The notes under the pieces: generated by a model
Told to the model about the DNA's origin: nothing
Databases searched by the model: none
The model's input: only the letters and a program-made list of their open reading frames with translations
Made by a program: the position numbers and the translations under genes
DNA from: a candidate division WOR-3 bacterium
GTDB lineage: Bacteria; Hydrothermota; Tepidihabitantia; Tepidihabitantales; CAIPLT01
Direction of reading: 5' to 3'
Length of the DNA stretch: 52,669 nucleotides
NCBI GenBank assembly: GCA_965649215.1
Contig: CBFGJZ010000008.1
Span: forward strand, 1 to 52,669
Shown here: piece by piece, positions 38,369 to 47,300 of the stretch
Layout: every line of letters starts with the position of its first letter
Numbering within the stretch: the first letter of the stretch is position 1

Positions 38369-40276
38369 TTATTTAACGATAAGTTTCCGATTCGCAACTT
38401 CATCTTCAGATTGTATGGTTAAGAAATAAACGCCTTGAGCAAGTTTGCGATTTTGATTTTCTAATACCAACGAGTAATTGCCGACTTGATGATATTTATC
38501 GGTCAAGATCTTAATTAGGTTGCCATTGATATCAAAGAGTTTTAGAGCAATCATTCCCTCTTTATTGACCGCATAAGAGATTATTGTTTGTTTGTTAAAT
38601 GGATTTGGTGAAATGGTCAAAGTTTTGATTTGAGAATTAGTTGAATTTGTTTTAGCACCTTGAATATTAGGATTTGGCAATCGGGTAATAGAATTGATGC
38701 TTTGATTGGGAATATATTGCCAAAATTCAGCGGTGCCATTACCTTTTAAAAGATAGACATAGCCATTATTATCACAGGCTAAAGCAGCGCCGGTTTTAGG
38801 CACGCTCTGTTTATTGTATTTGGGATTAGGCGATTGCCGATGGGGAATGGTTTCTAAACCAATCCAAGTGTCAGCTGTTGTATATTTCCAAAACTCATTA
38901 ATTTTACCGCCTTTAATTGCATAGATAACCATTCCATCTGAACACATCGCGGCACCGTCTTTAACTTTAGTTTTTTTCTTGGGTGTGGCAGGATGAGTCA
39001 GAGGCATTAGTTTTTTTGCTGACCAACTTTGACTTGAGAAATCATAGCGAGAGAAATAATTCTCATTAGCACCGGCTTGTAAAGCATAGAGATAATTATT
39101 TAAAAGCACAAGACAACTGCCATCTTTATATGGTTTACCACTATTCAAAGGAGCATTTTCTAAAGTATCCCATTTCCCATTCAATGGATTGTAGGCAAAG
39201 AAATTCTTATCAACGGGTTTTTGAGCACCAGCCAATAAATAAACTTTACCAGCTTGGTAAGCAAGTGCAGTACCACCTCTAAGTGCTTTCATTGTCGGCA
39301 CAAAACCAAGAAAATACCAAGTATCACGATTGATATTGTATAACCAGAACTCTTTGGTACCATTGCCTTTGGTCGCATAAATAAGACTGTCGCCATTATA
39401 GCAAAGGGCGGCACCTTTTCCAACTTCTTTTTTATTGATTTTATTAGTAGGATTATCGGGTTTAACTCCGTACGGCATTGATTCTAGTTCATTAGGCAAT
39501 GACCAATTACCCGAATACTTATAAAACTCTTTAGATTTATTACCCCGCAAAGCATAAATCGTATTGCCGACACCAACTAAAGAGCCACCATCTTTGACTT
39601 TCTTCTTCTTGCTTAACGGATGACTGGGAATTGACTCCAGTTCTTGCCAACCGGTAAAAGGTGGAGCGCTGATAGTAAAAAACCAAGTTTCTGAAGGTTC
39701 ACTTAAATTATCAAAGCTGTCTTCAGCAACGACTTGCCAACCGTAATCACCTAACGCGAGATTTTCAGTTGGTGTATAGGTGGTATCAGTGGTGTTAATA
39801 TCAATTACTGGAGTTACACTTCCTGATGGAGTAACAGTAAGCTGATATGAACTTGCCCCAGCTAAAAGATACCAACAGAAAGTTGGCGTGCGATCAGAAA
39901 TCACCGTATCCGCAGGTGGGGCAATTAAATCCGGTCCTTTGGTTTGAATATGAAGTTGCCAAACATCAGAAGTTTCACCCGCTGGGGTTTGGACAAAGAC
40001 ACGCCAATAGTAAAGCGTTTCGGGTAAAAGCCCCTCATATTGATATTGCGAGACAGAGCTGGTAACATTGATGATTGGTGATGCAAAATCAATGGTATCA
40101 TCAACCTGCAGACAATATTCAGTAGCACCACTGACATCTTGCCAATCAAATAACGGAGATGGATTAAAGAAAAAACAGTTATTGGGTGGACTGATCAAGG
40201 TAACTTCAGCCCAACCAAAGCTAAGAGCACAGAAGAATATTAAGGATAATATTTTAATATATTTTGTAAAGGACAT
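38369..40276 (-). CDS. Secreted protein: two FN3-like domains, a Kelch-like six-blade propeller and a T9SS-type C-terminal domain
   Basis: SD AAGGAGG before ATG 40276; signal peptide; YYWRV and YGWQV FN3 strands; six G(G/A)xL...Y...(K/R)G...F..Y blades; SPNPF...GVYF CTD. Confidence 0.85.
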   Translation of the reverse strand: MSFTKYIKILSLIFFCALSFGWAEVTLISPPNNCFFFNPSPLFDWQDVSGATEYCLQVDDTIDFASPIINVTSSVSQYQYEGLLPETLYYWRVFVQTPAGETSDVWQLHIQTKGPDLIAPPADTVISDRTPTFCWYLLAGASSYQLTVTPSGSVTPVIDINTTDTTYTPTENLALGDYGWQVVAEDSFDNLSEPSETWFFTISAPPFTGWQELESIPSHPLSKKKKVKDGGSLVGVGNTIYALRGNKSKEFYKYSGNWSLPNELESMPYGVKPDNPTNKINKKEVGKGAALCYNGDSLIYATKGNGTKEFWLYNINRDTWYFLGFVPTMKALRGGTALAYQAGKVYLLAGAQKPVDKNFFAYNPLNGKWDTLENAPLNSGKPYKDGSCLVLLNNYLYALQAGANENYFSRYDFSSQSWSAKKLMPLTHPATPKKKTKVKDGAAMCSDGMVIYAIKGGKINEFWKYTTADTWIGLETIPHRQSPNPKYNKQSVPKTGAALACDNNGYVYLLKGNGTAEFWQYIPNQSINSITRLPNPNIQGAKTNSTNSQIKTLTISPNPFNKQTIISYAVNKEGMIALKLFDINGNLIKILTDKYHQVGNYSLVLENQNRKLAQGVYFLTIQSEDEVANRKLIVK

Positions 40277-40347
40277 TTGTCCTCCTTTTTGGATAAGTAA
40301 CGACTTTAAAAGATGTACCATGTAAATAATACCCGTCTTTCATTCTC

Positions 40348-40376
40348 AGTATAGACTACCTTAATTTATCTGTCAA
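40348..40376 (-). promoter_or_regulatory. sigma70 promoter for the propeller protein gene
   Basis: TTGACA-N17-TATACT on the minus strand. Confidence 0.7.
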
Positions 40377-40408
40377 GAGCAATGATAAAGATTGCAAATG
40401 GTTTGTTG

Positions 40409-40436
40409 TTGACAGAATAGTTAATTTATTTATAAT
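40409..40436 (+). promoter_or_regulatory. sigma70 promoter, leaderless, for valS
   Basis: Perfect TTGACA-N16-TATAAT, 7 nt before ATG 40444, with no SD. Confidence 0.8.
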
Positions 40437-40443
40437 AGCATTT

Positions 40444-43086
40444 ATGAATACGACTGATTTTCCAGCTCGTTATGAACCAAAAGCGATTGAAAAAAAATGG
40501 TATCAGTATTGGTTAGAAGAAAAGTTTTTTACACCTGATTTATCTAGTACAAAACCTCGCTATTGTATTGTAATTCCCCCGCCCAATATTACCGGTGTTT
40601 TGCATATGGGGCATGCTTTAAATGGTTCTTTACAAGATATTATGATTCGATTTAAGAAACTCCAAGGTTATGAGACTTTATGGTTGCCGGGTACGGATCA
40701 TGCCAGTATTGCTACTCACAACCAGATTGAAAAACGGTTAGCCCAAGAAGGTAAGACCCGTTTTGATATTGGTCGGGAAGAATTCTTATGTTTAGCCTGG
40801 GCTTGGAAAGAGAAACATGCTAATATTATTTTAGAGCAGTTAAAGTCATTAGGCGCTGCTTTGGATTGGACACGGACACGTTTTACCATGGATGAAATGC
40901 TTTCCCGAGCGGTTAGGGAAGCATTTGTGCGTTATTACGAAAAAGGATTGATTTACAAAGCCTATTATATTATTAATTGGTGTCCGCGGTGCCACACTTC
41001 AATATCGGATTTAGAAGTTAAATATAAAGAAAGTGACTCATTTCTTTGGTATATAAAATATCCATTAGTGAATACTAACCAAACTACCGCTCAAAAGTTT
41101 ATCGTCGTGGCAACAACCCGACCCGAAACAATGCTTGGCGACACTGCGATTGCAGTAAATCCAACAGACGAGAGATATCAACATTTAATTGGCAGTTATG
41201 TGAACTTGCCATTAGTAAATCGCAAAATTCCAATTATTGCCGAAGATTTAGTGGACAAGGAATTTGGGACCGGTGCAGTTAAGGTTACCCCTGCGCACGA
41301 TCCGATTGATTTTGAAATTGGCAACAAACACAAACTGGAATTTGTTAAAGTGATTGATGAAGATGCAAAAATTACCAGTCAGGCACCAAGTCGTTATCAA
41401 GGATTAAGTAGAGAAAAAGCACGAGAATTGATTGTTGCCGATCTCACTGAACAAGGTTATTTAGAAAAGATTGAACCCTATAAGCATCGTGTTGGCAGAT
41501 GCGTACGGTGTGAAACTATAACCGAACCAATGATTTCTTTGCAATGGTTTTTAAAGACCGCACCATTAGCAAAACCAGCTATTGAAAAAGTTGAAGACAA
41601 AACGATTAAATTTTATCCTGAACGGTGGACCAAAGTATATTTAGACTGGATGTATAATTTAAAGGATTGGTGCATATCTCGCCAATTATGGTGGGGCCAT
41701 CGCATTCCTGCTTTTTATTGCGATGACTGTAAGGAAATTATGGTGAGCCGTACTGATCCAACTGAATGTTCAAAATGCCATAGCAAAAATATTCGTCAAG
41801 ATGAAGATGTTTTAGATACATGGTTTTCATCTGCGCTTTGGCCATTTTCTACCTTGGGATGGCCAGATGAGACAGAAGACTTAAAACAATTCTATCCAAC
41901 CAATTTACTTTCCACTGATCCGGATATTATCTTTTTGTGGGTAGCACGAATGATTATGTCCGGCTTAGAGTTTATCGGTAAAGTGCCGTTTTATGATGTC
42001 TATATTCATTCAACTCTACAGACTGAGACCGGTGAACGAATGAGCCGTTCCAAAGGGATTGGAGTCGATCCATTAATTTTAATTGATAAATATGGCGCTT
42101 GTGCGCTACGATTTACTTTAGCCTATTTAGAAACCGAAAGTCAAACTTATCGCTTTTGGGAGAAAAAAGTCGAAATCGGCCGTAATTTTGCCAATAAAAT
42201 CTGGAATGCCGGTCGTTTAATCGCTAACTTAAAATTACAAAGCCAAACCGCATCGAGCCCGACAACATCAGCAGTTGATCACTGGATATTAACTAAATTT
42301 TATGAGACCGTTGACATTGTCACTAATGCCTTAGATCGTTATGCCTTTTCAATTGCTGCCCAATCATTATATTCGTTCTTTTGGCATGATTTTTGTGATT
42401 GGTATTTAGAGATGTGTAAGATTCGACAAAGGCATAAGGATAATTCTTTTGGCGTGACTTTAGAAAAAGTCTTTCAAGGTTGTTTGGTGATGTTACATCC
42501 CTTTATGCCCTTTCTGACTGAAGAACTATGGCATCGTTTTCAATACCAACCCACAAGTATTATGTTAGCGAGCTGGCCGAAAATTGAAAAAGCGTTAGAA
42601 GATGCAAAAACGAATTCAGCATTGGTTGAGATGATGCGGGAACTGATTGTTGGGATCAGAAATATCCGTGCCGAAATGCGAATTGATATTTCTAAAAAAC
42701 TTACCTGCGAAATCAATACAACCGATAAAAGTTATCAGGATTTCTTAAGCCAACCATCAATTCAGAAACTAATTTTTGATTTAGCCAAAGTGAGTAAGTT
42801 AGATTTTACGGATAAGCGCCCATTTCACTCATCAATCTGGGTTGCCAAAAACATTGAAGCATATATTCCTTTAGAAGGATTGATTGACTTTGATAAAGAA
42901 AAAGCACGTATCAGAAAAGAAATTAATAGTTTGCAAAATGAGATTAGCAAAATTGAAAACTTATTAAAGGATGATAATTTTTTAAATAAAGCAAAACCCG
43001 TGGTTATTGAACGGGAAAAAGGGCGCTTACAGACCATGCAAGAGAAACTTAACAAATTACAAGCTACCGAACAAGCATTAACATGA
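40444..43086 (+). CDS. valS: Valine--tRNA ligase
   Basis: PPPNITGVLHMGH, GTDHA, ATTRPET, GTGAVKVTPAHD, DWCISRQLWWGH, DVLDTWFSS and a C-terminal coiled coil. KMSKS is replaced by RMSRS. Confidence 0.98.
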   Translation: MNTTDFPARYEPKAIEKKWYQYWLEEKFFTPDLSSTKPRYCIVIPPPNITGVLHMGHALNGSLQDIMIRFKKLQGYETLWLPGTDHASIATHNQIEKRLAQEGKTRFDIGREEFLCLAWAWKEKHANIILEQLKSLGAALDWTRTRFTMDEMLSRAVREAFVRYYEKGLIYKAYYIINWCPRCHTSISDLEVKYKESDSFLWYIKYPLVNTNQTTAQKFIVVATTRPETMLGDTAIAVNPTDERYQHLIGSYVNLPLVNRKIPIIAEDLVDKEFGTGAVKVTPAHDPIDFEIGNKHKLEFVKVIDEDAKITSQAPSRYQGLSREKARELIVADLTEQGYLEKIEPYKHRVGRCVRCETITEPMISLQWFLKTAPLAKPAIEKVEDKTIKFYPERWTKVYLDWMYNLKDWCISRQLWWGHRIPAFYCDDCKEIMVSRTDPTECSKCHSKNIRQDEDVLDTWFSSALWPFSTLGWPDETEDLKQFYPTNLLSTDPDIIFLWVARMIMSGLEFIGKVPFYDVYIHSTLQTETGERMSRSKGIGVDPLILIDKYGACALRFTLAYLETESQTYRFWEKKVEIGRNFANKIWNAGRLIANLKLQSQTASSPTTSAVDHWILTKFYETVDIVTNALDRYAFSIAAQSLYSFFWHDFCDWYLEMCKIRQRHKDNSFGVTLEKVFQGCLVMLHPFMPFLTEELWHRFQYQPTSIMLASWPKIEKALEDAKTNSALVEMMRELIVGIRNIRAEMRIDISKKLTCEINTTDKSYQDFLSQPSIQKLIFDLAKVSKLDFTDKRPFHSSIWVAKNIEAYIPLEGLIDFDKEKARIRKEINSLQNEISKIENLLKDDNFLNKAKPVVIEREKGRLQTMQEKLNKLQATEQALT

Positions 43087-43622
43087 AAACTTTAGGTTGG
43101 ATTGCTTTTTTGGTTGCAGTTGCCTTGGGTTTGGTTATTTATAACATTAAATACTTACCAATGCAGGATGAACTAATCAGATTGCAAAATGAAAACAAGA
43201 TGTGGCAAAATCAAGTTAAAGAGTTGCAAAATCGATGGGTTGCAGAAAAAGAAAGCAGTTCGGTTTTAATGCAAAGTTATAGTTGGGATGAGTTGTTTGG
43301 TGAATTGACCAGTTTTAATCTCACAGAACCAGCTCAGGTGATGCTTAAAGAATTAATTCCCCGTTTACAACAGAGCACGGGTGAAATTCTCATAAATAGT
43401 TATTGTCCAAAACAAAACTTGCCTTCTGAACTCAAAAGTCGCTATTCTAATGAGCGCGAGTTGTCTTTTGCTAAAGCATTAGCAGTATTGAACTTTTTAG
43501 CTTCTTGGGGCGTAAATGATGAACAATTAATTGCAGTTGGTTATGGTACCTCAAGACCCCGCGTGATAACTAATAATCAATCAAGCGTTGATAAAGCACG
43601 GATTGAAATAATTGTTAAATAA
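43083..43622 (+). CDS. Membrane-anchored protein with a degenerate OmpA/MotB-like C-terminal domain
   Basis: N-terminal TM helix, coiled coil, then NERELSFAKALAV...LIAVGYGTSRP...RIEI. Confidence 0.7.
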   Translation: MKTLGWIAFLVAVALGLVIYNIKYLPMQDELIRLQNENKMWQNQVKELQNRWVAEKESSSVLMQSYSWDELFGELTSFNLTEPAQVMLKELIPRLQQSTGEILINSYCPKQNLPSELKSRYSNERELSFAKALAVLNFLASWGVNDEQLIAVGYGTSRPRVITNNQSSVDKARIEIIVK

Positions 43623-44085
43623 CCACTCACAATTTTTCTTGCATAGAAATCAATTTACAAAAACAATATTAGGAATATATTTATTAGTAAGTTTGCTTAA
43701 TGCTCAGACTGCGGATACCAGTAGAATAAAAGCAAAATCTCTCAATCGTTATTATAAATCAACAGGTATGGCAATGATTTTGTCGGCAATAATTCCTGGG
43801 GGTGGTCAAATTTATTGCCAAAATTATCTCAAAGCTATTATTATTAGTGGCACAGAAGTAACATTGGGTTATTTTGCATATCAAAACCATCAAAAATTCA
43901 CTAACACACAAAACAATATTTATAAGGATAAGCGAAATAATTATTTATGGTGGTTGGCAACAATAAAAGTATTATCAATTGCTGATGCTTATGTTTCAGC
44001 TCAGATGTATAAGTTTAATGAGCAGATGAAACTAACAATAAGTTATTCGCCATCATTGCACATCGGATATCAATTTAACTTCTAA
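43612..44085 (+). CDS. Hypothetical membrane protein (DUF5683/TM2-like)
   Basis: AMILSAIIPGGGQIY...KA and SIADAYVSA motifs; C-terminal Phe. Confidence 0.7.
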   Translation: MLNNHSQFFLHRNQFTKTILGIYLLVSLLNAQTADTSRIKAKSLNRYYKSTGMAMILSAIIPGGGQIYCQNYLKAIIISGTEVTLGYFAYQNHQKFTNTQNNIYKDKRNNYLWWLATIKVLSIADAYVSAQMYKFNEQMKLTISYSPSLHIGYQFNF

Positions 44086-44171
44086 GTGAGAATATAAATA
44101 TTAATAATATTTAAGGAACCACAGAATATTTTTTGTAGTTGCGAATTATTAGGAGGAGGAATAAAAAACAC

Positions 44172-44199
44172 TTGACAAATGCTTAAAATATTGTATTTT
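44172..44199 (+). promoter_or_regulatory. Putative sigma70 promoter for the large secreted protein
   Basis: TTGACA-N16-TATTTT. Confidence 0.5.
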
Positions 44200-44215
44200 A
44201 TATCAAAGAGGAAAT

Positions 44216-44308
44216 ATGAAAGAGGAGAAAGACAAACATACCATAAATAACAAAGGTGTTAGAGAAACGATGTTAATTAAGCGCAGAGGGATAACATCGA
44301 TTCTTTAA
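44216..44308 (+). CDS. Candidate 30-aa leader peptide (uORF) MKEEKDKHTINNKGVRETMLIKRRGITSIL
   Basis: ATG 44216 preceded by AAGAGG; TAA at 44306-44308; lies in the leader of the 44338 gene. Confidence 0.35.
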   Translation: MKEEKDKHTINNKGVRETMLIKRRGITSIL

Positions 44309-44337
44309 AAAATAACCTCTGCACAAAAGGAGGTATT

Positions 44338-47300
44338 ATGTGTAAAAATAAATATGCTCTCATCATCGTAATTTCGCTATTAATTAGTATCAGTCTCGCA
44401 GCAACTCCAACATTTAGCAATAATTTACCAGCGGTGCAAAATTCATTAGAAATTTCTAAGCATCCAATAATTCTTAATAACATTGAGAAAAAAGATATTT
44501 TTTCAATTTCACCCGACGCTCCCTTAGGATTTGATTCAAGCACAATGCATATTGGTAGTGCAACTTTGCGTGATGTGGTGGTTGGTTCCAAATTAAAGGG
44601 ACCCAGCGATGATACCGTGCGAATTTTTTCGGTTCAATCAGCAGCACCACGACAAGCATTACTTTGTACCGATACTGGCAGCACTTCGATGAAATGGCGT
44701 ACCGATACTTTACAAACAGCCAGTGTGGGTTTTGCTGGCGCTGCGATTGGTGATGTAGATCGGGACGGGACAAACGAAATAATTTATGGTAAATTTTCTA
44801 CACCCTATCATCTACATCGAGCTCGCTGGAGTGGTACGAATTGGATTATTGATACTTTAGGCCCAAGTCCTGGTGTTTATTTTACCTTTAGCACTGGTCC
44901 GATTTATGATGTTGCAATTGGTGATGCAAATAATGATGGTTATGCGGATGATATTATTGCAACGTTAGGCACAGGAGGTGCTATGCATTTGCGTTGGACA
45001 GGGACAGCTTGGGATACTTTTCGAATCGTAATTGGTGATGCCGCGGCTTGTTATGGAGTTGCAGTTGGCGATTTTAATCCTAATTTTCCTGGCAATGAAG
45101 TGGCTTTAGTTACATATTATGGAACCCTTGCTGAAGCTCGTTGGAATAATGCAACGAATAGTTGGAGTGTAGTACCAATTCTTTCGAATACAGTAGTTGG
45201 CTTTTACGATGTTGTGATTGGTGATATTGATCCTGATTCACCGGGTAATGAATTAGTCGCTTTAAATTATAAAAACTTTGCGACCTATGGGAATATCTTT
45301 ATCTTTTATAGTGTTGGCAGTAGTTGGAGTTTATTACAATTATTGGGTTACATTGGGGGCTGGTCTACTTTAGGTGAATTTGCAATTGGGAATGTCTTTG
45401 ACGCTAATAATGGTAATGAGTTAGTTGCGGTTCAAGGCGGTAGTTCAAGCGGTACCCCATTTATAGTTTATAAAAATTTTGGTAATTGGTATCTATTAGG
45501 ATTGCCTGGTACTGGTGGTACTAATTATGGAGTTGCGGTTGGTAATATCAATCGACATCGAGTAGGTACATATATTACAGAACACGAAATTGCAATCAGC
45601 GGTAATAATCGCATTTGGGAATACCAGCAAAGAGCAATGTTCAATAATGATGTTACGGTCTCCAATATAACTTTTACACCATCAATAATTTTTGTAGGAG
45701 ATTCAGTGAGAGTTACGATAAGTATTACTAATACAGGTTATAATACTCAGACTTCAATCCCAGTATCTTATACGGACGGTACGATTATGGTTAATGAAAC
45801 TTGGACGGGTAGTATTATCTATGGTCAGACAATAAATTATACTTTTAACACTAAATACATCCCAACTTCGGTCGGTTCGGTAACAATAAAGGGATATACT
45901 GGTTTGGTTGGCGATCAATATCCTCAAGATGATACTATGATAAAACAATTTAGCGTTGTAAATCCTGCGATTAATACCTTCCCTTATTTTCAAAATTTTG
46001 AAGGAACAGTTGAACCCGAGTGGGTTTCAGGTATTTATGCAGGAACAGCTAATGATTGGGTGCTTGGCACACCAGCCAAAACCAACATCACGGGTCCGTT
46101 TAGTGGAAGTAATTGTTGGGTCACGAATCTGACGGCAAATTATAGTTTATCGCAAAATTCATTTGTAATGACTCCGGTTTTTGATTTTAGTTCGCTAACG
46201 AATCCGGTTGTCCTAAGTGTCTGGCATAATTTTTATACGGAAGATGGTTGGGATGCTGGAATCATTGAATACACAACTGATGGTATTAATTGGGTTAAAC
46301 TTGATACGGCTAGCGGTTTAGCAATAAATTGGTATAACAGTACTTCAACATCGGGACCCATTCCACCAATGAAATGGTCCGGTAATACACGAACGGTTTT
46401 CCCTAGTCATATTAACGGGTGGGTGAAATCAAGTCGAGTGTTGAATATGTTAGTTGGTCAAAGTCGAGTCAGATTTCGTTTTCGATTTGGTTCGGATCCG
46501 TCCGTAGCTTATGAAGGGTGGGCATTTGATGACTTTCAGATTGAGATTTTCCGAGATGTATCAGTAGAAGAGATTATTCGTCCTCAATTGGTTGAACCGA
46601 TGGCATTTATGCCTGAAGTAATGGTGAAAAATAATGGCGATGTGACTGAAAATATACCGGTTGTTGCTGAAATCTGGACACAGAGCATTGGCTTAAATGA
46701 AGGATTTGAAGGCACAGTTTTCCCACCGGAAGGCTGGGTTGTTTATAATAATGATGGTGGTACACAGACCTGGATTCGAAACACAACCAATCCACATAGT
46801 GGAAGTGCTGCAGCATCTTGCCGATATGAGACCTCTACTTTACGCAATGATGATTGGTTGGTTACACCGCAAATTAATGTACCTACAGGAGCTGCTTTGA
46901 GTTTTTGGTATCGAACCAGTACCGCTGCAGATGATACGATGGAGATTTATCTGTCAACCACGGGCAATGCTATCAGTAACTTCACAACTTTATTGGATGC
47001 TTTTGGCATCAGAACGACAAGTTGGGCGCAGAAGACAATTGATTTGAGTGCTTATGCCGGCCAGCAGATTTATATTGCTTTTGTGAATAAGGGTTTATAT
47101 CAATGGACTGTCTTTTTAGATGATATTGAAATTGCTTATACACCACCAAGTTTAATTTACGCTGATACAACAACGGTTTATAATGTTCTGCCAAATAGTC
47201 CAGCCCTGCCAGTTAGTTTTGATATGTGGACTCCAGTGGTATTAGGTAGTTATACTTTTAAGGCATACACAATTTTAGATGGAGATCTCGTACCAACCAA

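Noticed and set aside
24010-40443. T-box leaders for cysS, ileS and valS
   Set aside because: No room: cysS and valS have promoters directly at the start, and ileS is 5 nt behind the upstream gene.
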